This document shows positions 47,106 through 56,797 of a DNA stretch of 64,000 bases, piece by piece. The stretch lies in contig CAWDVE010000016.1 of NCBI GenBank assembly GCA_963805625.1, positions 384,001 through 448,000 of the forward strand, read 5' to 3'. Each line of letters starts with the position of its first letter. The stretch's first letter is position 1. Source of the stretch: an uncultured Candidatus Rokubacteria bacterium. Lineage in GTDB: Bacteria; Methylomirabilota; Methylomirabilia; Rokubacteriales; DASRDR01. Position numbers and translations under genes: made by a program. The notes beneath the pieces are model-generated. The model worked only from the letters and a program-made list of their open reading frames with translations. It made no database searches and had not been told where the DNA came from.

Positions 47106-48308
47106 TCAGCGCGGGCGGGATGCCGGAGAGCGGGCCAGGAGGGCAAAGACCAACGCCAGGAGATTCAAACCGGCGCCGAGTCCGAACGCGGCCACGTAGG
47201 AGCCGGTCGTGTCGAAGAGCCAGCCGGCGAGGACCGGGCCGAGCCCCCCGGCCGGACCCGCGAGACCGAAGATCAGTCCCACCAGGCTGCCGGCGTGCGC
47301 GGGGCCGTAGAAGTCCGTGACGAGCGCCGGCATGAGGGCCGAGATCGCGCCGTAGGCGAAACCGAACGCGGCCGCCGCGGCGAAGAGGGTCGCGGTTCCG
47401 GCGGCCCCGGCCAGGCCGAGGAAGGAGAGCGTCTGGAACCCGAGCGCGATCATCAGCGTGGGCCGGCGACCGATCGCATCGGAGACCGCGCCCATCCCGA
47501 GGCGGCCCACCAGCGACCCGGCGCCGAGCGCGGAGAGCGCGGTCGCGCCCACCACGGGGGAGAGACCCAGGTCGCGGGCGAGGGGCACCAGATGGACGGG
47601 CGGCATGAAGACCGGAATCCACGTCGTCGTGTAGACCGCGACCAGGAGCGCGAACGAGGGATGGCGAACGACACGCCGGATCGGCCAGCCCTCCAGGAGT
47701 GCCACCGCCGACGCGGTGCGCGGGACGGCGCCGTACGGGAGGAGGTCCCGGTCCCGGGGATCGCGCACGAAGAGACCGGCGAGGAGCCCGAGCGCAATGG
47801 CGAGGCCCGCGCCGAGTAGCACGTATGCGCGCCGCCAGCCGACCTCCGCGATGAGCAGCGCGACGAGGGGCGGCCCGGCGAACGTTCCGGCGCTCGCGCC
47901 GCTGAGCCCGAGGCCGACGGCGAGGCCGCGGCGGGCCTCGAACCAGCGGGCCACCGTCGCGTTGCACGGCACGTACGCCGAGCTCATGCCGACGGCCGCC
48001 AGGAGGTACGTCGCATAGAGGGGCGGGAGAGCCCGGATGCCTCCCGACAGCGCGAGTCCGAGGCCGAGGAAGGCGCCGCCGAGCGCGATGACTGCCCGCG
48101 GTCCCCAGCGGTCGGTGAGCCGGCCGGCAAAGAGACCGAGGAAGGAATAGGCCGCGGCGTAGAGGGAGAAGACGCCGGACAGGCTGGCCCGGCTCCAGCC
48201 GAACTCCTCCGTCAGCGCGGTGAAGAAGAGACCGAAGGAGTACTGGACCCCGTAGGCGAGAAAGAGGACGGTGAACGCCGCCCCGACCACGATCCAACCG
48301 TAGTGCAA
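47106..48308 (-). CDS. MFS transporter (OFA/MCT-like)
   Basis: HYGWIVV, GRLTDRWGPR, SDAIGRR; about 12 TM helices. Confidence 0.88.
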   Translation of the reverse strand: MHYGWIVVGAAFTVLFLAYGVQYSFGLFFTALTEEFGWSRASLSGVFSLYAAAYSFLGLFAGRLTDRWGPRAVIALGGAFLGLGLALSGGIRALPPLYATYLLAAVGMSSAYVPCNATVARWFEARRGLAVGLGLSGASAGTFAGPPLVALLIAEVGWRRAYVLLGAGLAIALGLLAGLFVRDPRDRDLLPYGAVPRTASAVALLEGWPIRRVVRHPSFALLVAVYTTTWIPVFMPPVHLVPLARDLGLSPVVGATALSALGAGSLVGRLGMGAVSDAIGRRPTLMIALGFQTLSFLGLAGAAGTATLFAAAAAFGFAYGAISALMPALVTDFYGPAHAGSLVGLIFGLAGPAGGLGPVLAGWLFDTTGSYVAAFGLGAGLNLLALVFALLARSPASRPR

Positions 48309-48372
48309 GGGCGATCCGTCGATCTCGATGGAGCCGGCGCCGGGCTCGGCGGCCGCGGCAGCCGGCGGCGCG

Positions 48373-51207
48373 TCAGCCCCGGGCCCGCCGCGGGGCGGGC
48401 CGCTCGCTCGCGCGACCGTCCTTGAGGAAGTCCTGGAGGTACTTGCCAGTGTACGAGGCCGCGACCTGCGCGACGGCCTCGGGCGGTCCCTCGGCCACGA
48501 GCTCCCCGCCCGCGTCGCCGCCCTCGGGCCCGAGGTCCAGGATCCAGTCCGCGCACTTGATCACGTCGAGGTGATGCTCGACCACGAGCACGGTGTTGCC
48601 GGCGTCGACCAGGCGCTGGAGCACGCCGAGGAGCCGCCGCACGTCGTCCAGATGGAGCCCGGTGGTGGGCTCGTCGAGGATGTAGAGGACGTTATGGCCC
48701 AAGCGGGCACCCAGCTCCGCGGCGATCTTGAGGCGCTGGGCCTCGCCGCCCGAGAGGGTGGTCGCGGGCTGGCCGAGGCGGAGGTAGCCGAGTCCCACGT
48801 CCTGGAGCACCTGGAGCCGCCGCATCAACCCCGCCGTGGCCGCGAAGAACGGGATGGCCTCGTCGACCGTCATCTGGAGCACCTGGCTGATATCGCGCCC
48901 CTGGTAGGCGACCTGCCGGACGTCCGGACGATAGCGGCGCCCCTCGCACTCGCGGCAGGTGACGTAGACGTCCTCGAAGAAGTACATCTCGAGCTTCTCG
49001 AAGCCGTCACCCTGGCAGGTCTCGCAGCGGCCCCCGGGGACGTTGAACGAGAAGTGGCCCGGCCCGAGCCCGAGGGTCTTTGCCCTCGGCAGGCCCGCGA
49101 ACAGGCGCCGGACGTCGTCGAACGCCTTGATGTACGTGACCGGGTTCGACCGCGGGGTCCGGCCGATCGGCTCCTGGTCGATGAGCCGCACTCCGCGCAG
49201 ATGCTCGAGCCCCAGGAGCGCATCGTGGGCGCCCGGCACCTCGAAGGCGGTCTTGAACGCGCGCGCCACTGCCCGGTAGAGCGTGTCGTGAACCAGCGTC
49301 GACTTCCCCGAGCCGGAGACGCCCGTGACGCAAGTGAGCGTCCCGAGCGGAATGCGCGCCCTGACGTTCCGGAGGTTGTGCTCGCGCGCCCCGACCACGG
49401 TGAGCCATCGCCCGTCGCCCTCGCGCCGCCCGGCCGGCAGCGGAATGCTCTCGCGGCCCGAGAGGTAGCGTGCGGTGAGCGTGCGCATGTCCCGGAGGAA
49501 CTCGTCGCGCGGCGCCGCGAGCACGATCTCGCCCCCACGCTCGCCCGAGCCGGGCCCGAGCTCCACGCAGTAATCAGCGGCCTCGATGAAGGTCCGGTCG
49601 TGCTCCACCACCACGACCGTGTTGCCCGCGTGGGCCAGCTCCCGGCACAGCTCGGCCAGCCGCGTGACGTCGCGCGCGTGGAGCCCGATCGATGGCTCGT
49701 CCAGGACGTAGAGGGTGCCGACCAGCTGAGCGCCGAGCTGGGTTGCAAGCGCGATGCGCTGGGCCTCGCCGCCGGAGAGCGTCCGCATCTGCCGCTCGAC
49801 CGTCAGGTAGCCGAGGCCCACGCGGCGGAGGAACGAGACCTTCGCGGAGAGACGCTCCAGAACCTCGCGCCCGACCTCGGCCTCCCACGCCGTGAGCGGC
49901 AGCTCGGCGAGCCATCCGGCGAGGTCCTCGATGGCCAGGCGAGCGACCTCCGCGATGCTCCGCCCGGCCACCGTGACGGCGAGCGCCTCGGGCTTGAGGC
50001 GGGCGCCGCCGCAGGTCGGACAAGGGACCTGGCTTCGGTAGCGCGAGAGGAAGACCCGCACGTGGAGCTTATACCGGTAGCCCTCGACTTCCTCGAAGAA
50101 GCCTCGGATACCGCAGAAGTCCTTGTCCCCATCGGATACCCAGCGCCGGACCGTCTCGGGCAGCTCCGCATAGGGCCGGTGCACGTCGATCTTGCGGCGG
50201 CGGGCGACCCGGAGCAGCTCCTTCTGGTACCACTCGCCGGACGGGTGCCGCCAGGGCTCGACGGCGCCGCCGGCGAGCGAGGCCCCGGGATCCGGGATCA
50301 CGCGCCCCTCGTCGTAGCGCAGGAGGTTTCCGAACCCCTTGCACTCCGGACATGCCCCGAGCGGGTGGTTGAAGGAGAAGAGCAAGGGCTGGGGTCGCTC
50401 AAGCGCCGTCCCGCAAGCCTGGCAGCCGAACTGCTCGCCGTAGCGGCGCACCTCGGAGGGACGGCCTTCCCGCTGGATCTCCACCACCGCCCGGCCACCG
50501 CCCTCGCGAAAGGCCTGCTCGAAGGAGCCGGCCAGCCGCGTCTGGGCGTCGGGGCGCAGCAGGAGGCGGTCGAGGATCACGTCGATCGTCTCGCGCCCGG
50601 CGAGATCCAGGTCCGGAAGCGGGGACAGCGGAAGCACGTCGTCCCCGACCTTGACGCGGGCAAAGCCGCGGGCGACCAGCCGGGCGAGCAGGTCCCCGAC
50701 CCGGTCGGCGGCGGGCACCGGCAGCGGGAACCCGACCAGCACGCGGGTGCCGGCCGCCTCGGCGAGCAGGGCGTCGGCTACGCGATCCGGCGCCGCCGAG
50801 CCGGCCGGGCGGCCGCAGCGCGGGCAATGGACGCGGCCGATCTTGGCGTACAGCAGCCGCAGGTAGTCGGCGAGCTCGGTGGCGGTGCCGACCGTCGAGC
50901 GGGCCGTCCGCACGGGGTTCTTCTGCTCGAGCGCGATCGCGGGCCGGATGTGCTCGACGAGATCGACGTCGGGCCGGTCGATCCGCTCGAGGAACATCCG
51001 CGCGTAGCTCGACAGCGACTCGATGAAACGCCATTGGCCTTCGGCGAAGATCGTGTCGAACGCGAGGGAGGACTTCCCGGAGCCCGACACGCCCGTGACG
51101 ACCGTGACGCGGTCGTGAGGGATGGCGACCGAGACGTTCTTGAGGTTGTTCTGCCGGGCTCCGTGGATGCGGAGCCAGTCAGGGCGCGGCACGGGACGAG
51201 GCTTCAC
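48373..51207 (-). CDS. uvrA: Excinuclease ABC subunit A (UvrA-family paralog)
   Basis: GARQNNLKN, two GVSGSGKS Walker A motifs, two LSGGEAQR motifs, CxxC Zn fingers. Confidence 0.93.
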   Translation of the reverse strand: MKPRPVPRPDWLRIHGARQNNLKNVSVAIPHDRVTVVTGVSGSGKSSLAFDTIFAEGQWRFIESLSSYARMFLERIDRPDVDLVEHIRPAIALEQKNPVRTARSTVGTATELADYLRLLYAKIGRVHCPRCGRPAGSAAPDRVADALLAEAAGTRVLVGFPLPVPAADRVGDLLARLVARGFARVKVGDDVLPLSPLPDLDLAGRETIDVILDRLLLRPDAQTRLAGSFEQAFREGGGRAVVEIQREGRPSEVRRYGEQFGCQACGTALERPQPLLFSFNHPLGACPECKGFGNLLRYDEGRVIPDPGASLAGGAVEPWRHPSGEWYQKELLRVARRRKIDVHRPYAELPETVRRWVSDGDKDFCGIRGFFEEVEGYRYKLHVRVFLSRYRSQVPCPTCGGARLKPEALAVTVAGRSIAEVARLAIEDLAGWLAELPLTAWEAEVGREVLERLSAKVSFLRRVGLGYLTVERQMRTLSGGEAQRIALATQLGAQLVGTLYVLDEPSIGLHARDVTRLAELCRELAHAGNTVVVVEHDRTFIEAADYCVELGPGSGERGGEIVLAAPRDEFLRDMRTLTARYLSGRESIPLPAGRREGDGRWLTVVGAREHNLRNVRARIPLGTLTCVTGVSGSGKSTLVHDTLYRAVARAFKTAFEVPGAHDALLGLEHLRGVRLIDQEPIGRTPRSNPVTYIKAFDDVRRLFAGLPRAKTLGLGPGHFSFNVPGGRCETCQGDGFEKLEMYFFEDVYVTCRECEGRRYRPDVRQVAYQGRDISQVLQMTVDEAIPFFAATAGLMRRLQVLQDVGLGYLRLGQPATTLSGGEAQRLKIAAELGARLGHNVLYILDEPTTGLHLDDVRRLLGVLQRLVDAGNTVLVVEHHLDVIKCADWILDLGPEGGDAGGELVAEGPPEAVAQVAASYTGKYLQDFLKDGRASERPAPRRARG

Positions 51208-51351
51208 AATCTACCATTCTACCGCGGGGATTGCGGGTCGTGCTTGACAGCCTCCCGGCTGTCGGGAACGATGGCCCCGCAACCGCGCGCGGCTGCGCGC
51301 GGCGATCGTGCCCGCGGACCGTCGGCCCGCGGCGGCCGGCCGGGAGGTCCC

Positions 51352-51675
51352 ATGCTCGACCACCGTAGTCTCGCCGTGATCGCACTCGCCGCCGCCCTGA
51401 CCGGCTGCTCCGGTCAGGGGAGCTCCTTGAGCCCCGAGGCCGAGCGCGGCCGCCAGGTGTTCGTCGCCCAGTGCACCTCGTGCCACTCGAGCGATCCGAC
51501 GCAGAACGGCCCGCTCGGTCCTGCGGTGAAGGGCGCGTCCCGGGAGCTCCTCGAGGCCCGGCTGCTCCGGGGCGCGTATCCCCCTGGCTACACGCCCAAG
51601 CGCCCGAGCGCGATCATGCAGCCGATGCCGCATCTCGCGGGGAGTCTGGACGACCTCGCGGCCTACCTCCGGTAG
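51352..51675 (+). CDS. Monoheme cytochrome c lipoprotein
   Basis: Lipobox LTGC, CTSCH heme motif, distal Met (MQPM); GGAGG RBS. Confidence 0.85.
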   Translation: MLDHRSLAVIALAAALTGCSGQGSSLSPEAERGRQVFVAQCTSCHSSDPTQNGPLGPAVKGASRELLEARLLRGAYPPGYTPKRPSAIMQPMPHLAGSLDDLAAYLR

Positions 51676-51809
51676 GCCGGTCCTGGCGCCGGAGACTGAT
51701 CGCGGCGCTCCGGCGATGGGGTCCGCGGGGCTGACCTCGGCTCGACGCGCGTCGGGCCCGGGAAGGCCCGGGCCCGACGGCGAACGGTGTGCGAGTCGAT
51801 TCCGGCCGG

Positions 51810-52508
51810 CTAGCGCATCCCCTCGAACCACGCGTAGTAGACGACGGCGAGGATGAAGCCTGCCCAGAGCGTGCCCTTCACCGTGGCCAGCGGCTTGGCC
51901 AGACCCTGCCCGGGCATCCCCTTGAGCGCGTTCACCTCGATCACGAACATCACCAGCAGCGCGACGACCCAGAACGCGAGTCCATTGCGAGGCACGGGCA
52001 GGGTGAGGTGGCTCGCCGCGCCCATGAAGAACAGCATCGGGATCGAGAGCAGCGTGTTCGTGCGGGAGGCGAGGCCCCCGCGCGCGCCGGCGCCGGCCGC
52101 GGCCGGGTTCGCGGGGCGCCCGGCGGCCGTATCGATCGCGTTCTGGATGACTACCTTCTGGTTGGGCCAGATCACGAACCAGACGTTGGCCCACATGAGG
52201 GTTCCGAGGAGGCCGCCGAGGAGGATCGCCCAGCCGTACGAGCCGGCGAAGAACCCGCCCTGCCCCCATCGGTGGAGGATGATGAGCCAGCCAGAGAGGA
52301 AGGTGAACATCGCGCCCCAGCGGAACCACCAGAGCGCCCGGGGCACGAGCTTCTGGATCGCGCCGCTTCGCACCGGGGCCTCGGTCTCGGCGAAGAACGG
52401 GGTCTGGACGAAATTGAAGTAGTAGAGCAGGCCAATCCAGGTGATCCCGGCCAGGAAGTGAATCCACCGCAAGAGGAACAGCCAGCCTTCACTACTTGCC
52501 AGCGCCAT
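51810..52508 (-). CDS. Membrane protein resembling the urate oxidase PuuD N-terminal domain
   Basis: RWIHFLAGITWIGLLYYFNFVQ, WWFRWGA, MWANVWFVIWPNQK, SRTNTLLSIPMLFFM. Confidence 0.72.
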   Translation of the reverse strand: MALASSEGWLFLLRWIHFLAGITWIGLLYYFNFVQTPFFAETEAPVRSGAIQKLVPRALWWFRWGAMFTFLSGWLIILHRWGQGGFFAGSYGWAILLGGLLGTLMWANVWFVIWPNQKVVIQNAIDTAAGRPANPAAAGAGARGGLASRTNTLLSIPMLFFMGAASHLTLPVPRNGLAFWVVALLVMFVIEVNALKGMPGQGLAKPLATVKGTLWAGFILAVVYYAWFEGMR

Positions 52509-52671
52509 ACCGTGCCTCCCTGTAGGTGTGGGTCAGACGCGGAAGCAGACGGACTCTGGCGGCCACCCCCATGGGCCCACGGGCGGCCGCGCCCCGAGAA
52601 ACGACCGAGCTGCCCGAAGCCCGCATGCCCTGCTCCCGCGGGACGGCGCGATTGCCTTGCCGGCCAGGTCG

Positions 52672-52701
52672 ATTAGATCCGGCCCCTCTGGGCAGTGTCA
52701 A
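52672..52701 (-). promoter_or_regulatory. Candidate sigma70 promoter upstream of the PuuD-like gene
   Basis: TTGACA-18 nt-TCTAAT. Confidence 0.4.
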
Positions 52702-52827
52702 GCCCGGTCCGGGACGGCGTACGAATGCGGGCAAGGCCGTGAGCGATCGGGAGGTCCGCGGTGACCGGGTCCAGCAGCCTTCACGCTCGGACTGAGCGAC
52801 GGACCGCGTGGCCTTCGTGGAGCCTTC

Positions 52828-53253
52828 TCACCCAAGCTCTCGCCAGCAACACACCTCGATTCGTGTCACGGGATGAACCTCCCATGGGGCGCTCCGGCCC
52901 TCGTCATCCTGGTGGGGTGAGTCGTAGAACAACCAGCCAGTCAGGCGGATCTGCGTCGCCGCCCCACAGAGGTGGACCAACGCCTCCCACGTGTAGTTGG
53001 GTCTGCGAGATCGAACACCCGGGGTCAGCTCCGTAATGAGCCGGTCGGGGGTATCGCCTCCGAGGCACCGCGCCGGCGCGCCGGCGGTGATCTGGATGTG
53101 GTAGTCGCCGTCGCCCATCTGAAGAAGGCGCGCCACGTAGCCGACGACGACTGCCCCCCGCGACTCGATGGCCGTGATCTCGTCGAGCTGGGCTCGCGTA
53201 ATAAGGCCGCGGCCGCGCGCATGGTGGCGCCGTATCGCCGCAAAGTCAGCCAC
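52828..53253 (-). CDS. Hypothetical OB-fold-like protein, possibly 5'-truncated
   Basis: GDGDYHIQI, ITELTP, RLTGWLFYD, WEVHPVTRIE; lies immediately 3' of the tRNA. Confidence 0.45.
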   Translation of the reverse strand: MADFAAIRRHHARGRGLITRAQLDEITAIESRGAVVVGYVARLLQMGDGDYHIQITAGAPARCLGGDTPDRLITELTPGVRSRRPNYTWEALVHLCGAATQIRLTGWLFYDSPHQDDEGRSAPWEVHPVTRIEVCCWRELG

Positions 53254-53302
53254 ACTCCGCGCGGCGGGCGGAGAATGACGACCCGTAAGTCCGGATAAGA
53301 AA

Positions 53303-53377
53303 TGGTGGCGGTGGGAGGAATTGAACCTCCGACACGGGGCTTATGAGACCCCTGCTCTGCCGCTGAGCTACACCGCC
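53303..53377 (-). tRNA. tRNA-Met (CAT), elongator type
   Basis: Cloverleaf with GGCGGTG/CACCGCC acceptor stem, D arm GCTC/GAGC, anticodon loop CTCATAA, T loop TTCAATT, encoded CCA; G1-C72 is paired. Confidence 0.92.
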
Positions 53378-53507
53378 CGAGCATCCGCCATGGTAGGGCC
53401 TGCCTCCACGAGCGTCAAGCAACGGACCCCCCGGCCACGTCCCCCGTGACACCGGAAGGCTCGGCGACGTTTGGCCGCGTGACCCGATCTTGCGCGTCCG
53501 ACCCCTC

Positions 53508-53516
53508 TGCTATAAT
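53508..53516 (+). promoter_or_regulatory. Extended -10 promoter (TGnTATAAT)
   Basis: TGCTATAAT upstream of the AGGGAGG RBS and the ATG at 53553. Confidence 0.55.
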
Positions 53517-53552
53517 CGCCACCGTTCGAGCATCATCCGTCAGGGAGGTCGT

Positions 53553-53759
53553 ATGGATCTGGAGCCGCGCTCGAAGATCGACGACGAAGAGAATCCGCAC
53601 TACGTCGACGACGACGAAGAGGACGAGGACGAGCTCGAGGACGCCGACGACGAAGACGAGGTCATCGAAGCCGACGTCGAGGAGGATGACCTCGACGACG
53701 ACGATGACGACGACCTCGACGACGACGACCTCGACGAGGACGACGACGACGACGACTGA
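53553..53759 (+). CDS. Small hyper-acidic protein (68 aa, 47 Asp/Glu)
   Basis: Has its own extended -10 and RBS; MDLEPRSKIDDEENPHY followed by poly-D/E. Confidence 0.65.
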   Translation: MDLEPRSKIDDEENPHYVDDDEEDEDELEDADDEDEVIEADVEEDDLDDDDDDDLDDDDLDEDDDDDD

Positions 53760-53959
53760 GACCCCGGTCTCGGTCCCCCCGTTCTCGGATACGTCGCCGC
53801 GCTCGGTTCACCTCCGCGGGCTGGGCGCCGCCGGGGACGGGATCGGCCGGCTGTAGGCGGGATGGTTACCGGATGGGACTCGACTCGCGGACCGGGGGCG
53901 ATCCAACCACGGGCCGAATGCCGTCCACAGGACAGGCCGGAGGACGGAAAGGCGGCCCA

Positions 53960-54745
53960 GTGAGCGACGAGATCCTGGTCGAGCGGCACGGCCACATCGC
54001 AACGGTCGTGTTCAACCGCCCGCAGGTGCGGAACGCCTTCAACCTCGCGATGTGGAGTGCGCTGCCCGGGGTGGTGGAGGGACTGGTCCGCGACCCGGGA
54101 GTGCGCGCGATCGTATTCCGCGGGGCGGGCGAAGAGGCATTCGCGTCGGGGGCCGACATCTCCGAGTTCCGGGAGAACCGGAAGGACCGTGCCTCGGCGG
54201 AGGCCTACAACGCTCGCACGGCAGCGGCGGCCCACGCGATGGAGACCTGCCCCAAGCCGACGGTCGCGATGATCTACGGCTACTGCATGGGCGGGGCGGT
54301 CGCGACCGCAATGGCGTGTGACCTCAGGTTCTCGGCGGATACGGGCAAGTTCGGGATCCCGGCGGGTCGACTCGGCATCATCTATGGTCTCCACGCCGTT
54401 AAGCGGCTGGTGAGCCTGGTCGGCCCGGCGACCGCCAAGGACATCCTGTTCTCCGCGCGGCTCCTGGACGCCCAGGAGGCGCTTCGCGTGGGATTCGTCC
54501 AGCGGGTGGTGCCGGCCGCCGAGCTTTCGGCCTACACCTACGACTATCTCGGCCGCGTCGCCGACAACGCGCCGCTGACCGTTCAGGGCGCGAAGATGAT
54601 CGTCGAGGCCATCGTGGAGGACGGGGGCGTCGCGAAGCAGGACGACATCGCGCAGCTCCAGCTCCGGGCCTTCGAGAGCGAAGACTACAAGGAAGGTACG
54701 GCCGCGTTCCTCGAGAAGCGGCGGCCCCGGTTCGTCGGCCGGTAA
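53960..54745 (+). CDS. Enoyl-CoA hydratase/isomerase family protein
   Basis: FNRPQVRNA, FASGADISEF, GYCMGG, CDLRF, EGTAAFLEKR. Confidence 0.92.
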   Translation: MSDEILVERHGHIATVVFNRPQVRNAFNLAMWSALPGVVEGLVRDPGVRAIVFRGAGEEAFASGADISEFRENRKDRASAEAYNARTAAAAHAMETCPKPTVAMIYGYCMGGAVATAMACDLRFSADTGKFGIPAGRLGIIYGLHAVKRLVSLVGPATAKDILFSARLLDAQEALRVGFVQRVVPAAELSAYTYDYLGRVADNAPLTVQGAKMIVEAIVEDGGVAKQDDIAQLQLRAFESEDYKEGTAAFLEKRRPRFVGR

Positions 54746-54753
54746 TCCCGCGC

Positions 54754-55896
54754 GTGGTCGCGGGGCTCGCTCTCCCCGCCGCGCTCTTCCTCGCTCCCGC
54801 GCTGTGGCGTCTCGGGCGTGTGGTGGCGGTCCTCCGCGGGCGCGCCCGCCTTCCCCGTGCGAGCGACGCACCAGTGTCCCGCGGGCAGGCCCTCGTCAGC
54901 GTGCTCGTTCCGGCCCGCAACGAGGAGCGCAACGTCGGCGCCTGCCTCGCCTCCCTGTCGGCGCAGACCTGCGCCAGCCTCGAGATCATCGTCGTGGACG
55001 ACGGCTCGACGGACGGGACGCCGGCGATCCTCGCTGACGCCGCCCGGCGGGACCCGCGGGTGCGGATGCTCCGTGTGGATGGTCCGCCGGCGGGGTGGAC
55101 CGGCAAGAGCTTCGCCCTCGATGCCGGCGTGTCCGTCGCACGCGGAAGCTGGCTCTGTTTCACGGACGCCGACACGGTTCACGCCCCCGAGTCGATCGCG
55201 CGCGCGGTGGGATTCGCGGAGACGCATGGCATCGCGCTCCTGTCGCTGACGAGCCGGCAGCTCACGCGCTCGTTCTGGGAGCGCGTGGTTCAGCCAGTCG
55301 TCTTCGGCCTCCTCGATCAGTGGTTCCCGCTGGCGACGGTGAACGACCCCGCGTCCCCGCTCGCCGCCGCAAACGGGATCTTCATTCTGGTCGCGCGTGA
55401 CGCCTACCAGGTCGCGGGTGGTCACCGTGCGGTGGCCGGCGAGATTCTCGAGGACGTCGCGCTCGCGCGACGGGTGAGGGCGGGCGGTGGGCGGATTGCG
55501 TTCGTCGACGGGGCCGACCTCGTCGCCGCCCGGATGTACACGGACCTCGCGGCGATCCGACGCGGTTGGACGAAGAACCTCTACCGCCTCCGCGGCCGGC
55601 GGCCGCTCGCCGCGCTGGCCTCGCTCCTCGAGCTCGGGGTGACCCTGGTCTGGCCGGCGGTGGGCTGCGTCGTGGCGCCGCTCGGGGGCGCGGCCGGGTC
55701 CGGCTGGCTGGCCGCCCTTGGCCTCGGGCTGGTCCTCGGGGCGGAGGTCCCCTTCCGGGCCTGGCGGGGGGAGGACCCCCGCTGGAGCCCCACCGTGCCG
55801 CTCGGCGCCGCGCTGGTGGCCCTTTTCCTTCTGGAATCGGCCGTTCGCGACTGGCTGGGGCTGGGCGTCCGCTGGAAGGACCGCCGGTATACTTGA
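54754..55896 (+). CDS. Family 2 glycosyltransferase (HpnB/CrtQ-like, membrane)
   Basis: VPARNEE, VDDGSTDGT, GWTGK, FTDAD, EDVALA, GWTKN. Confidence 0.88.
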   Translation: MVAGLALPAALFLAPALWRLGRVVAVLRGRARLPRASDAPVSRGQALVSVLVPARNEERNVGACLASLSAQTCASLEIIVVDDGSTDGTPAILADAARRDPRVRMLRVDGPPAGWTGKSFALDAGVSVARGSWLCFTDADTVHAPESIARAVGFAETHGIALLSLTSRQLTRSFWERVVQPVVFGLLDQWFPLATVNDPASPLAAANGIFILVARDAYQVAGGHRAVAGEILEDVALARRVRAGGGRIAFVDGADLVAARMYTDLAAIRRGWTKNLYRLRGRRPLAALASLLELGVTLVWPAVGCVVAPLGGAAGSGWLAALGLGLVLGAEVPFRAWRGEDPRWSPTVPLGAALVALFLLESAVRDWLGLGVRWKDRRYT

Positions 55897-55948
55897 GGCT
55901 GCGACCCTGCCGGGTCGCGACCCCTCTAAAGATGAGATGCCCGAGGCT

Positions 55949-56374
55949 ATGAAGACGCCAGGCTCCCCCCCGGTTGCCGTCACGCGGCGGTTCACCTTCT
56001 CGGCGGCGCACCGCTACGCGCGTCCCGAATGGTCTGACGCCGAGAACCGCGCTCACTTCGGCCCACTCGCATCGATCCACGGGCACACCTATACCCTGGA
56101 GGTGACCGTCCGCGGGCCGGTCGATGCCCGAACGGGCATGGTCGTCGATCTCGAGGAGCTCAAGCGGGTCGTCGGCGAGACCGTGCTCGCGCGCTTCGAC
56201 CACACCTTCGTCAACGACGATCCCGCATTCCCGCCCGGCGTCCTGCCGACCACGGAGAATCTCGTGCGCGTCGCGTGGGACCTGCTGGTCGCGAAGCTCG
56301 GCGCCGAGCGGCTCGCGAGCCTCCGCCTCTGGGAGGACCCGACGCTCTACGTCGACTACCGGGGCGAGGCCTGA
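55949..56374 (+). CDS. 6-pyruvoyl-tetrahydropterin synthase-family protein 1
   Basis: FSAAHRY, ENRAHFG, HGHTY, FDH, PTTENL; no Cys before HGH. Confidence 0.85.
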   Translation: MKTPGSPPVAVTRRFTFSAAHRYARPEWSDAENRAHFGPLASIHGHTYTLEVTVRGPVDARTGMVVDLEELKRVVGETVLARFDHTFVNDDPAFPPGVLPTTENLVRVAWDLLVAKLGAERLASLRLWEDPTLYVDYRGEA

Positions 56375-56383
56375 GGGCTGGCC

Positions 56384-56797
56384 GTGGCGACGATGGAGCT
56401 GACCAAGGTCCTCCGTTTCTCGGCGGCCCACCGTCTGATGAGCCCGGCGCTCTCCCGGGCGGAGAATCGCCGGCTCTACGGCGCGTGCGTCCGCAGCCAC
56501 GGTCACAACTACGCGCTCGAGGCGACCGTGCGGGGAGTGGTGGATCGGGACGGGATGGTGATGGATGCCGTCGTTCTCGAGCAGGCGATGCGGACGGTCA
56601 TCGACCTCGTGGACCACCGGGATCTCACCCGGGACGTCCCCGCGCTTGTCGGCACGGTCACGACGGGCGAGAACCTGGCCGCGACGTTCTACCGAATGAT
56701 CGACCGGGCCTTGTCCCCGGGGCGACTCGTCCGGGTGGCCGTCGTCGAGACGGAGAACAACCGCTTCGAGTACGAAGCGACGGGGGAGGCGCCATGA
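56384..56797 (+). CDS. 6-pyruvoyl-tetrahydropterin synthase-family protein 2
   Basis: [36 protein letters not shown]. Confidence 0.85.
   Translation: MATMELTKVLRFSAAHRLMSPALSRAENRRLYGACVRSHGHNYALEATVRGVVDRDGMVMDAVVLEQAMRTVIDLVDHRDLTRDVPALVGTVTTGENLAATFYRMIDRALSPGRLVRVAVVETENNRFEYEATGEAP

Noticed and set aside
48328-51351. 1115-aa plus-strand ORF
   Set aside because: Antisense shadow of uvrA caused by high-GC codon bias. Only the last 107 codons (cytochrome c) look real.
53303-53377. tRNA-Ile2 or initiator tRNA, given tilS nearby
   Set aside because: G1-C72 is paired, so it is not an initiator. The acceptor stem has G4/G5 rather than the C4/C5 typical of TilS substrates. Ile2 cannot be fully excluded without a covariance-model search.
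53600-53759. CRISPR array or microsatellite (GAC/GAG repeats)
   Set aside because: These are in-frame Asp/Glu codons with no repeat-spacer structure, and there are no cas genes in the window.
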